Shown here in pieces: positions 1-9,019 of a stretch of DNA of 64,000 nucleotides. The DNA comes from Paracoccaceae bacterium. GTDB taxonomy: Bacteria; Pseudomonadota; Alphaproteobacteria; Rhodobacterales; Rhodobacteraceae. Position 1 is the stretch's first letter. Each line of letters opens with the position of its first letter. Location of the stretch: assembly GCA_014654775.1 (NCBI GenBank), contig JACVZW010000071.1, positions 58,465 to 122,464 of the forward strand, written 5' to 3'. Position numbers and translations under genes: made by a program. Under the pieces are notes generated by a model. It had not been told where the DNA came from and made no database searches. It saw only the letters and a program-made list of their open reading frames with translations.

Positions 1-732
1 CATCCCGCGCCGCGTGCCGCCATAGCGCGCCTCCATCTCGGCCAGAAAGGACTCCGCCAGATTGGCCCGGTTCGCCGCCGTGGGCGCATGGGTCACCACG
101 GTCGATGGATGCTTCAGCACCGCCTTCAGCACCGCCACGTTGCGCGGCGTCGTCGTCACCACCGCCTGTGGCATCTCGCCCAGACGCAGCGCGAATTGCA
201 GCATGTCCCATGTCTCCTGCGCCTTCGGCCATTTGGCCAGCTCGTCGGCCCAGGCCGCATCGAATTGCGGCCCCCGCAGGCTTTCGGGATCATGCGCCGA
301 AATCACCTGCGCCACCGCCCCATTCGGCCAGACCAGCCGCTTGCGCCCGGCCTCCCATGCGGGGCGCCTATCCGGCGGCGCACAGGCCATGATCCCGCTC
401 TCGCCAAAGATCATCACCTCGCGCACCTGATCCACCGTCTCGCCCACCAGCGCCACGCGCCGCGCGCGGCCCGGATCGGCGGGCCCGGCCCCTTCGACCT
501 GCCCCCGCACCCATTCCGCCCCGGCGCGCGTCTTGCCCGCGCCGCGCCCGCCCATGATCACCCATGTCCGCCACGCCCCATCCGGCGCGATCTGGTGCGG
601 CAGCGCCCAGAACTCGAACAGCCAGGGCAGCGCCAGAAAGGCCTGCTCGCTCAACCCATGCAGGAAATCATTCACCACATCCGGCGTCGCGGAGGCGAGC
701 CAGACGGCGCCCGATCTCAACCCGCGCTGCAT
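1..732 (-). CDS. Terminase large subunit, RcGTA g2-like (N-terminal 244 codons; gene runs off the left edge)
   Basis: Not in the ORF track because there is no stop in the window. Hand translation of the minus strand from ATG 732-730 gives MQRGLRSGAVWLASATPDVVNDFLHGLSEQAFLALPWLFEFWALPHQIAPDGAWRTWVIMGGRGAGKTRAGAEWVRGQVEG..., open to position 1. Walker A is GGRGAGKT. A small overlapping ORF precedes it and no integrase is nearby. Confidence 0.75.
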   Translation of the reverse strand, partial: MQRGLRSGAVWLASATPDVVNDFLHGLSEQAFLALPWLFEFWALPHQIAPDGAWRTWVIMGGRGAGKTRAGAEWVRGQVEGAGPADPGRARRVALVGETVDQVREVMIFGESGIMACAPPDRRPAWEAGRKRLVWPNGAVAQVISAHDPESLRGPQFDAAWADELAKWPKAQETWDMLQFALRLGEMPQAVVTTTPRNVAVLKAVLKHPSTVVTHAPTAANRANLAESFLAEMEARYGGTRRGM

Positions 733-997
733 CGAGGTCGAGGGCACGCCCTCCGACGACACCGGCCACTTCGTTGCGAAGCCTGTCAACTCTCACCCTC
801 TCATCCAGAACCACCGCCAGGGCCATCTGCAACTCGATCACGGCCCGCCGTGCCCGACCCGCCCCATCCCCATGGTTGGTCATCACCCCGGCCAAGGCCG
901 TGGCCAGATCCCGCGCGCTGCGGTCCAGAACCTCCAGCGCGCGATCCAGCGCCTCCGTCCCGCCCCGCCCTGCGGCATGCCCAACGTCTTCCTGCAT
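668..997 (-). CDS. Small helical protein, RcGTA g1-like (putative small terminase)
   Basis: 109-aa ORF directly upstream of the terminase and overlapping it by 65 nt. Its size and position match the first gene of GTA head clusters. No diagnostic motif was recognised. Confidence 0.45.
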   Translation of the reverse strand: MQEDVGHAAGRGGTEALDRALEVLDRSARDLATALAGVMTNHGDGAGRARRAVIELQMALAVVLDERVRVDRLRNEVAGVVGGRALDLDAARVEIGRRLARLRDAGCGE

Positions 998-1292
998 CGA
1001 ACGGCCCGCCCCCCTGTCACCCCGAACGGCGGAAAAGGAAAAGCGGCGCCGGGGTCACCCCCGTGCCGCTTGCCCACCTGTCCCATCATGCATCAACCTA
1101 TACGCCAGAGCGCCCGCCCAAGTCAAAGGAAAAATCGTTTGGGATCAGCAGCTTGGCGACCGCTCCGTTTACACTTTCTTCATTCTTTCCCCACCCCGAG
1201 CCGACCCTTGCCCGGATCGGCTGACCTGCTACGCTAAAGCCTCATAGCCGTCGCCCTCCGTTTTCCTCGTATCTCTGGTAAAGGTGCCCTCG

Positions 1293-2225
1293 ATGTCTGG
1301 AACCATCACCCTCACCACCGGAAATGACCGCTTCGTTCAGGGCACCGCACCCGACGACACGGCGATCACCATCCTCGCCCTCGCTGGCGATGACGACATC
1401 TCCCTTGACCGCAGCGATGATCTGGGCGGCCACAACCGTGTGGATGCCGGGTCCGGGCGGGACATCGTGCGCTCGCGCAAAGAGGACGGAAACATCATCA
1501 GCCTCGGCACAGGCGATGATCGCTATTTCGGCTCCGGTTTCGGGTCCTTCGCCACCGACCTCGCCGATACCGTCCGGGGCGGAGCCGGAAACGACAGCTT
1601 CTTCTTCTCCACCTTCAAGTCCCACTATGACGGCGGCACCGGCAATGATTTCTTCTTTTCCGAAGGCTGGCAGAACATCATTCGCGGCGGCGATGGCGTG
1701 GATACGGTCAGTTACGAACTGCGCAGCACAGGCGTGACCATCAATCTGGCGCGGGACCGAGTCGAAACCGGCGCAGCCCGGTTCGAACGCCTCTCCTCCA
1801 TCGAAAACGCCCGCGGGTCAGGCGACGACGACGTGATCATCGGCAACGCGCTGGACAATGTCCTGCAAGGCGGCGGCGGTCTGGATGTCCTGCGTGGCGG
1901 GCGTGGCGCAGATCGCTTTGTCTTCACCGATCCCAATGACGCCCGCGTCAACGCGACCCGCGCAGAGATCATCGAAGACTTCTCACGCAGACAAGGCGAC
2001 AAGATCGACCTGTCTCAGATCGACGCCCGCCCCGGCCCCGGCAATCAGGCCTTCGCCTTTCTGGGCAGCGATGAATTCACCGGCACCCGGGGCGAACTTC
2101 GCTTCACCCGCAACAGCCCAAGCGATCTGCTGGTCCAAGGCGATATTGACGGTGATGGCACTGCCGATTTCCAGTTCCTTGTCGCCGGGGTGTCCGCGCT
2201 TCTCGCCAGCGACTTCCTCCTCTGA
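1293..2225 (+). CDS. Calcium-binding RTX (hemolysin-type) repeat protein
   Basis: Repeated GGxGxD-type nonapeptides (GGAGNDSFF, GGDGVDTV, GSGDDDVIIGN, GGGGLDVLRGGRGADRFVF) and a C-terminal region resembling secreted RTX proteins. Start taken at ATG 1293; the track start at 1284 is GTG. Confidence 0.7.
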   Translation: MSGTITLTTGNDRFVQGTAPDDTAITILALAGDDDISLDRSDDLGGHNRVDAGSGRDIVRSRKEDGNIISLGTGDDRYFGSGFGSFATDLADTVRGGAGNDSFFFSTFKSHYDGGTGNDFFFSEGWQNIIRGGDGVDTVSYELRSTGVTINLARDRVETGAARFERLSSIENARGSGDDDVIIGNALDNVLQGGGGLDVLRGGRGADRFVFTDPNDARVNATRAEIIEDFSRRQGDKIDLSQIDARPGPGNQAFAFLGSDEFTGTRGELRFTRNSPSDLLVQGDIDGDGTADFQFLVAGVSALLASDFLL

Positions 2226-2268
2226 TCCGGGTCCGGCATCCGGGGCAGATCCCCCGGCTGCGCCCCGA

Positions 2269-3444
2269 TCAATCCTGCACGCCCGACTCCTCTTGCGCCC
2301 CGCGCTCCCGCTCGATGGCCCGCCAGCGCGCGACATTCTCGTTATGCTCGGCCAGCGTGCGCGCAAAGGCATGCCCGCCCGTGCCATCCGCCACGAAATA
2401 CAGGTAATCGCTCTCCTCCGGGTCCAGCGCCGCCGCAATGGACAGCCGCCCCGGATTGGCGATCGGCGTCGGCGGCAGCCCGTCGATCACATAGGTGTTC
2501 CACGGCGTCTCACGCCGCAATTCACTCTGCCGCAGCCCACGCCCCAGCACGCCCTCGCCCTTGGTCACCCCATAGATCACCGTCGGGTCCGTCTGCAGCC
2601 GCATCCCCTGCTCCAGCCGGTTCACGAACACCGCCGACACCCGCCGCCGCTCCTCCGGCACGCTGGTTTCCTTCTCGATGATCGACGCCATGATCAGCGC
2701 CTCTTCCGGCGTGTCATAGGGCAGCCCCTCCACCCGCTGCGCCCAAAGCTCGGCCAGCGTCGCCGCCTGCCGCTCCGCCATCAGCGCCAGCAACTCCGCC
2801 CGATCCGCGCCCCGCGCCACCTCATAGCTGTCGGGCGCCAGCGTCCCCTCTGGCGGCACCTCGGCGATCTCGCCGGTCATGAACTCCGCCCGCTTCAGCG
2901 CGTCCACCACCTGCCAGCTCGTCACCCCTTCGGCCAGCGTCACGCGCCAGCGGATGTCATCCGCCTCCGCCACCTCCAGATATTCCGCAGGCGCCGCCGT
3001 GATGGCCGGATCGAAGGCCACCACCTCCACATAGCGGTTCGTCGCCGGATCAAGCTCGCGCAGCACCACCTCGGCACTCGCGACCGAGATGCGGAAATTC
3101 ACCTCGCGCCCGCAGGTCGACTGCCCGCCCGCCGTGACAGAGTCCAGCACCTGCGCCATGCTCGCCCCCGGCAGCACAAGGTAGGACCCAAATTTCAGAT
3201 CATCCGCCTTGCCCGAATACTCCGCCCCAATCCGGAAAATGCGCGCATCAGAAACCGCGCCCTGTTCCTCCAGCGCGCGGCTGACAGCCGACAGCGAATC
3301 CCCCCGCTCCACCCGAAAGCAGATCGCCTGCTCAAGCGGACCCGCGCCCGAGAACTCCTCCCGCCCCCAGGCCAGCAGCCCCGCCGCCATCACCAGCAGC
3401 ACGATGAACAGCGTCAGCGCATTCGACGCGATGGACCGCCACAT
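2269..3444 (-). CDS. mltG: Endolytic murein transglycosylase MltG (YceG-like)
   Basis: N-terminal TM helix (MWRSIASNALTLFIVLLVMAAG) and a YceG-like body (SIIEKET, VFVNRL, LQTDPTVIYG, NTY...GLPP.PI.NPG). Start chosen at the internal ATG 3444, which overlaps the fabF stop (TGATG). Confidence 0.85.
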   Translation of the reverse strand: MWRSIASNALTLFIVLLVMAAGLLAWGREEFSGAGPLEQAICFRVERGDSLSAVSRALEEQGAVSDARIFRIGAEYSGKADDLKFGSYLVLPGASMAQVLDSVTAGGQSTCGREVNFRISVASAEVVLRELDPATNRYVEVVAFDPAITAAPAEYLEVAEADDIRWRVTLAEGVTSWQVVDALKRAEFMTGEIAEVPPEGTLAPDSYEVARGADRAELLALMAERQAATLAELWAQRVEGLPYDTPEEALIMASIIEKETSVPEERRRVSAVFVNRLEQGMRLQTDPTVIYGVTKGEGVLGRGLRQSELRRETPWNTYVIDGLPPTPIANPGRLSIAAALDPEESDYLYFVADGTGGHAFARTLAEHNENVARWRAIERERGAQEESGVQD

Positions 3445-4706
3445 CAGCCCGCCACCCGACCCAGCACGAGGCTGGCATTGGTCCCGCCAAAGCCGAAGGA
3501 ATTCGACAGCGCCACGTCGATCCGCCGCTTGACGGCCTTGTTCGCCGCAAGGTCCAGCTTCGGCGCGACCGCCGGGTTGTCGAGGTTGATCGTCGGCGGC
3601 GCCACCTGATCGCGGATGGCCAGCACGCAAAAGATAGCCTCAACCGCGCCCGCCGCCCCCAGCAGATGCCCGATGGACGATTTCGTCGACGACATCGTCG
3701 CCCCCGCCGCCGCATCGCCCAAAAGCCGCTCCACCGCGCCAAGTTCGATGGTGTCGGCCATCGTGCTGGTGCCATGGGCGTTGATATAGTCGATATCCGA
3801 AGGCTGCAGCCCCGCCCGCTTCAGCGCGGCGCTCATCGACCGGAACCCGCCATCACCATCCTCGGACGGGGCGGTGATGTGATAGGCATCGCCCGACAGG
3901 CCATAGCCCAACACTTCCGCATAAATCTTCGCCCCCCGCGCCTTCGCGTGCTCATATTCCTCCAGCACGACGACCCCGGCACCCTCGCCCATCACGAATC
4001 CGTCCCGGTCCGCATCATACGGCCGCGACGCCTTGGTCGGATCCTCCGCCCGCTTGGTGGACAGCGCCTTGCAGGCGTTGAACCCGGCGATCCCGATTTC
4101 GGAAATCGGGCTTTCCGCGCCGCCTGCCACCATCACATCGGCATCCCCCCATTGGATCAGCCGCGCCGCATCCCCGATGGCATGGGCCCCCGTCGAACAG
4201 GCCGTCACCACCGCATGGTTCGGCCCCTTGAACCCGAACCGGATGGAGACCTGACCCGAGATCAGGTTGATCAGCGCGCCGGGAATGAAGAAGGGCGACA
4301 CCCGCTTGGGCCCCTTCTCCTTGATCAGCACAGCCGTCTCCGCGATCGAGGTCAGCCCCCCGATCCCCGACCCGATCATCACGCCCGTGCGGAGGCGGCC
4401 TTCCTCGTCCTCTGGCTCCCAGCCGGAATCCTTCACCGCCTGCACAGCGGCGGCCATGCCGTAAAGGATGAAGTCATCGACCTTCCGGCGGTCCTTCGGC
4501 TCCATCCAATCATCGGGGTTGAAGGTCCCGTCGGTCCCATCCCCGAAGGGAATCTCACAGGCATATTGCGTCACCACATTCGACGCATCGAAACGGGTGA
4601 TCGGCCCCGCCCCGGATTTCCCGGCCAGCAGACGGCCCCAGGTCTCCTCCACTCCACAAGCCAGCGGCGTGACCATCCCCAGACCCGTGACAACGACCCG
4701 ACGCAT
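3444..4706 (-). CDS. fabF: 3-oxoacyl-ACP synthase II
   Basis: MRRVVVTGLGMVTPL start and a KAS II body with the active-site context ACSTGAH...HGTST...GHLLGAAG. Start at ATG 4706; the upstream part of the track ORF is an Arg/Gly-rich extension. Confidence 0.95.
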   Translation of the reverse strand: MRRVVVTGLGMVTPLACGVEETWGRLLAGKSGAGPITRFDASNVVTQYACEIPFGDGTDGTFNPDDWMEPKDRRKVDDFILYGMAAAVQAVKDSGWEPEDEEGRLRTGVMIGSGIGGLTSIAETAVLIKEKGPKRVSPFFIPGALINLISGQVSIRFGFKGPNHAVVTACSTGAHAIGDAARLIQWGDADVMVAGGAESPISEIGIAGFNACKALSTKRAEDPTKASRPYDADRDGFVMGEGAGVVVLEEYEHAKARGAKIYAEVLGYGLSGDAYHITAPSEDGDGGFRSMSAALKRAGLQPSDIDYINAHGTSTMADTIELGAVERLLGDAAAGATMSSTKSSIGHLLGAAGAVEAIFCVLAIRDQVAPPTINLDNPAVAPKLDLAANKAVKRRIDVALSNSFGFGGTNASLVLGRVAG

Positions 4707-4741
4707 GCCGCCCCTCCGCGCAATGAAAGCTTCCCGCACGG

Positions 4742-4770
4742 GTGATACACGGGGGGGCAGGCCCGTGCAA
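4742..4770 (-). promoter_or_regulatory. Candidate sigma-70 promoter for fabF
   Basis: Minus strand reads TTGCAC-N17-TATCAC, ending about 35 nt upstream of the fabF ATG. Confidence 0.3.
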
Positions 4771-4929
4771 CACGGCGCCCTGCGCGAAGGCCGCCCCCCG
4801 CCTGCCGCGCACCGACCCGCCCTTTCCGCACCCCGATGGGCAAGGCCGCGCCGCACCCGCCGCGCACGGCCCCGCAGGCTGGCCGCGCCGCACCCGCCAC
4901 GCGCCGCCTTGCCCGGCAGTCTTCACCGC

Positions 4930-5390
4930 ATGCCGATCCGTCCCGCCACCCCGACCGAGGCTGACGCCCTCACCGCCCTCTCCCTCCGCTCCAAGGCGCA
5001 TTGGGGCTATGACGCCGCCTTCATGGCCAAGGGCGCGCCCCATCTCGTCCTCCCGCCCGACCTGCTCGCCCAAGGTCGGGTCTGGGTCGCTGGCACGGCC
5101 GACGGACCCGTGACCGGTGTCATGGCCCTCTCCGCCCCGGACGGCAACCGCAGGCCGACCTCATCCTCCTCTTCGTCGCTCCGCCCGCGATGGGGCGGGG
5201 GCATGGCCGCGCCCTCCTGCGCCATGCCCTCGCCACAGCAGGGGCCGAAGGCGTGCGGCACCTCCGCGTCCTCTCGGATCCCCATGCGCTCGGCTTCTAC
5301 ATCGCGCATGGCGCGCGGCAGATCGGCATGGCCCCCTCCGACGCCATTCCGGGCCGCGACCTGCCGCTTTTGGAATGGACCTTGCCCTGA
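4930..5390 (+). pseudogene. GNAT family N-acetyltransferase, frameshifted (or sequencing error)
   Basis: Frame 1 from ATG 4930 gives MPIRPATPTEADALTALSLRSKAHWGYD...VWVAGTADGPVTGVMALSAPDGN. The GNAT core ADLILLFVAPPAMGRGHGRALLRHALATAGAEGVRHLRVLSDPHALGFYIAHGARQIG continues in another frame to TGA 5390. The switch lies near 5148-5155. Confidence 0.6.
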
Positions 5391-5557
5391 CCACGCACCC
5401 CCCAAGACACGCCCAAGCCGCCGCCTCCTGCCGATAGGCTCCACGGGCTCCTAGACACCCAACTCCCGAAGGACGACGACCGCGAGGGCCAATCGAACCC
5501 TCCCCTTCGCTCCTATCCCAGGTTTCCTTGCCACGCTGCGCCACCACCCACGCACCC

Positions 5558-5635
5558 ACCCCCCTCCATCTTCTGTCGAAAAATATCCTCGGGGGGGAGG
5601 CGCGGTACGCGCCGAGGGGGGCAGACAGCCCCCCT
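5558..5635 (+). repeat. Intergenic repeat family A, copy A1
   Basis: Head CCATCTTCTGTCGAAAAATATCCTCGGGGGGG followed by nested GC-rich palindromes (GGCGCG-gta-CGCGCC; GGGGGG-cagacag-CCCCCC). Nearly identical to A2. Confidence 0.8.
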
Positions 5636-5782
5636 GACCCGGCCGCCACCCAGCGCGACCAGAACCAATCCTCGCGCCCCCCAGGCGCCAGCCCCCCGCG
5701 CCGCATCTCCCCCCCGAGAAACCCGCCTCAACCGACCGGACCCACAGCCCCCGAGCCAATCCCCGACGGAAGGCGAGTCCCA

Positions 5783-5860
5783 CCCCCCTCCATCTTCTGT
5801 CGAAAAACATCCTCGGGGGGTGAGGCGCGGCACGCGCCGAGGGGGGCAGACAGCCCCCCT
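5783..5860 (+). repeat. Intergenic repeat family A, copy A2
   Basis: Same sequence as A1 with a few substitutions, 225 bp downstream and in the same orientation. Confidence 0.8.
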
Positions 5861-6093
5861 TGCCCCGCGCTCCACCCACACCCCAGCGGGTACCCCAGCG
5901 CCCCAGATCTCGGGCGCCCTTGCAGGCCAAAACATCCGACAGACCGCACCACTCCGACCCGGGGCGTCCCCGAACCGTCGCCCTCAGATCAAGACACCCG
6001 CCCGTCGCCCGAAAGCCACCGCCCGAAAGCCACCGCCACAACCTTCTAGCCAACACGGTAACCTTAACGCCCCATGACCCCACCGCGCGTGGC

Positions 6094-6166
6094 CACAGTT
6101 TGCTGCACAGTTTGCGGCACAGAACAGGGCACAGCCGTTTTCCCGCTCCAGTCCAGATTAACAAGC
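6094..6166 (+). repeat. Repeat family C, copy C1 (12-bp-periodic heptamer array)
   Basis: CACAGTTTGCTGCACAGTTTGCGGCACAGAACAGGGCACAG...CCAGATTAACAAGC. The minus strand reads CTGTGCC-N5-CTGTGCC-N5-CTGTGCA-N5-CTGTGGC. The second copy is at 40891-40949. Confidence 0.75.
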
Positions 6167-6191
6167 CATCGCAAGGCCTTGCCGCAGGCGC

Positions 6192-6234
6192 AAAAGAAAA
6201 CGGGCGGCCCCTTCGGGACGCCCGTCACACCTGC
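6192..6234 (-). terminator. Rho-independent terminator of acpP
   Basis: Minus strand has ACGGGCG-(inner CCC/GGG stem)-CGCCCGT followed by TTTTCTTTTG, 14 nt after the acpP stop. Confidence 0.75.
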
Positions 6235-6247
6235 CCTGACAAAAGGA

Positions 6248-6481
6248 TCAGGCAGCTTCCGAGATGAACTTCACCGCATCGCCGAAGGTCTGGATGGTTT
6301 CGGCCGCGTCATCCGGGATCTCGATCCCGAACTCTTCTTCAAAGGCCATCACCAACTCGACCGTGTCGAGCGAGTCCGCGCCCAGATCGTCGATGAACGA
6401 GGCGTTCTCGGTCACCTTGTCCTCTTCGACGCCAAGATGCTCGACGACGATCTTCTTCACGCGTGCGGCGATGTCGCTCAT
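6248..6481 (-). CDS. acpP: Acyl carrier protein
   Basis: 77 aa with the phosphopantetheine site [20 protein letters not shown]. Confidence 0.97.
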   Translation of the reverse strand: MSDIAARVKKIVVEHLGVEEDKVTENASFIDDLGADSLDTVELVMAFEEEFGIEIPDDAAETIQTFGDAVKFISEAA

Positions 6482-6657
6482 GTCTCTTCCTCTTTTCCGT
6501 GGCGGGCGCGCCCGTCCCTTGTCCCTGCCCCGAAGGGCACCTGCCCCGCCGTTCCCGACGGGTCGGCCGGGTTTCGCCCGGGCCTTTCGCCGCGCCTATA
6601 CCAAGGGCGTTCCCGCAAGGCAAACGCTTTCCATGGGCCTTTCGGCGCGCACGATCC

Positions 6658-7395
6658 TCAGACCATGTCCATCCCGCCATTCACATGCAAGGTGGCACCG
6701 GTCACATAGGCCGCTTCCTGCGAGGCGAGGTAGAGGACCGCCGCAGCAATTTCGGCCGCCTCGCCCATCCGCCCGGCCGGAACGGCGGTCAGGATGCGCG
6801 CCTTCTGCTCCTCGTTCAGCTTGTCGGTCATGGCCGTGGCGATAAAGCCCGGGGCCACCACATTGACCGTTATCCCCCGGCTCGCCACTTCCGCGGCCAG
6901 CGATTTCGACAGGCCCAGAAGCCCGGCCTTGGCGGCGGAATAGTTCACCTGTCCGCCATTCCCGGTGGTGCCGACGACCGACCCGATATTCACGATCCGC
7001 CCCCAGCGCGCCTTCATCATCCCGCGGATCGAGGCACGGCACAGCCGGAAGGTCGCGGTCAGGTTCACGTCCAGCACGCTCGCCCAATCGTCATCCGACA
7101 TCCGCATGACAAGCCCATCCCGCGTGATGCCCGCATTGTTGACAAGGATGTCGACCGACCCCATCGCCTCGGCTGCCCGCTTCACAAGGCCCTCGACCTC
7201 TTCCGCCACCGACAGGTTGCAGGGCAGCACAAACGCACGGCTCCCCAACTCCGCCGCCAGCGCCTCCAGCGGCTCCACGCGCGTGCCCGACAGCCCGACG
7301 GTCGCGCCCGCCTTGTGCAGCGCCCGCGCGATCTCGGCCCCGATCCCGCCCGAGGCCCCCGTCACCAGCGCCGCCTTGCCCGTCAGATCGAACAT
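6658..7395 (-). CDS. fabG: 3-oxoacyl-ACP reductase
   Basis: MFDLTGKAALVTGASGGIG Rossmann start, an SDR body (NNAG, Y..AK) and the end ...LHVNGGM. Start at ATG 7395, with an adjacent ATG at 7398; GGGAG Shine-Dalgarno upstream. Confidence 0.95.
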   Translation of the reverse strand: MFDLTGKAALVTGASGGIGAEIARALHKAGATVGLSGTRVEPLEALAAELGSRAFVLPCNLSVAEEVEGLVKRAAEAMGSVDILVNNAGITRDGLVMRMSDDDWASVLDVNLTATFRLCRASIRGMMKARWGRIVNIGSVVGTTGNGGQVNYSAAKAGLLGLSKSLAAEVASRGITVNVVAPGFIATAMTDKLNEEQKARILTAVPAGRMGEAAEIAAAVLYLASQEAAYVTGATLHVNGGMDMV

Positions 7396-7459
7396 CATCC
7401 GCTCCCTCAGAAGAATTTCGCCGGTTGTCCTAGCAGCATCCCGCCCGCCGCGCCACCCG

Positions 7460-7939
7460 TCACGCCCGCCGTGCCAGATAGTCCGCCGCTTCCGCGTCCT
7501 CTGCCGCGACGTGATCCGCCGCCGCCGCGGCCAGTGCCGCATCGGTCACCGCAATCAGACGGAATTCCTCCCACCACAGCCACATGTCCGGCGCAAAGAA
7601 CCCGGCGTTTCGGAAATAATCCTCATGCGCCGCTCGCCAGAAGGCCAGCGATCCATCCCCCTCGCCCTCCAGCGCCGCAAAGGCCTCATCGATCCCGTCA
7701 AAGCGTCTGCGGCCCACGGCGACCGTCTCGATCACCGCTACAGCCCGCCCTCCGGCCATCACGGCCCAACGCATGCCCGGCACGGTCGGGTTCTCTTCCC
7801 GCCCGTCCCAGACCGTCGCGCGCTTGCGACCCGCGATCACCAGCGCGGCCAGCCGCTCCTGCATCCCCTCCGACCCGAAGGAGAGGCAGGGCAGCCGCCC
7901 ATGCCCCGCGATTTCGACGAAATCCTGCCCGTCCGCCAT
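7460..7939 (-). CDS. ASCH domain-containing protein
   Basis: 159 aa. The pattern FG..G....L..LV..G.K.AT...(G)...V.D..G..V..IE...V....F..I.E.FA..EGEGD.SL..WR..H..YF is ASCH-like. The gene lies between fabD and fabG. Confidence 0.55.
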   Translation of the reverse strand: MADGQDFVEIAGHGRLPCLSFGSEGMQERLAALVIAGRKRATVWDGREENPTVPGMRWAVMAGGRAVAVIETVAVGRRRFDGIDEAFAALEGEGDGSLAFWRAAHEDYFRNAGFFAPDMWLWWEEFRLIAVTDAALAAAAADHVAAEDAEAADYLARRA

Positions 7940-7963
7940 AGCCCTGCTCCGGGCTTTCCAGCC

Positions 7964-8899
<936 letters not shown>

Positions 8900-9019
8900 C
8901 CTCTGCCCCTCCCTGATCCACGGACCCTGTCCCGGCCCTCGCCCCCGCCTTAGCGAAACGCTCCCGGCGGTGCAATCGCTGCGGCGAGGGACCCGGCACA
9001 CGGGCGAGCGTGGCACGAT

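Noticed and set aside
88-1224. 378-aa plus-strand ORF and its neighbours over the left end of the window.
   Set aside because: They lie opposite the hand-translated terminase (Walker A, long open frame to the edge) and the g1-like ORF, and their composition is artefact-like.
1-2225. Prophage at the left edge.
   Set aside because: Only g1-like and terminase genes are visible, there is no integrase, repressor or att site, and the context is chromosomal. A GTA-type cluster is the more economical reading, though the window ends too early to prove it.
5558-5860. CRISPR-like array formed by repeats A1 and A2.
   Set aside because: There are only two adjacent copies, the 78-bp units are highly structured, the spacing is 225 bp, other copies are dispersed singly, and no cas genes are present.
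5451-6164. 237-aa minus-strand ORF spanning the acpP-GNAT gap.
   Set aside because: It is made almost entirely of repeat copies A1, A2 and C1 (the same peptide FFDRRWRGVG appears twice). It starts at TTG and has no Shine-Dalgarno. I treated it as read-through of repeat DNA.
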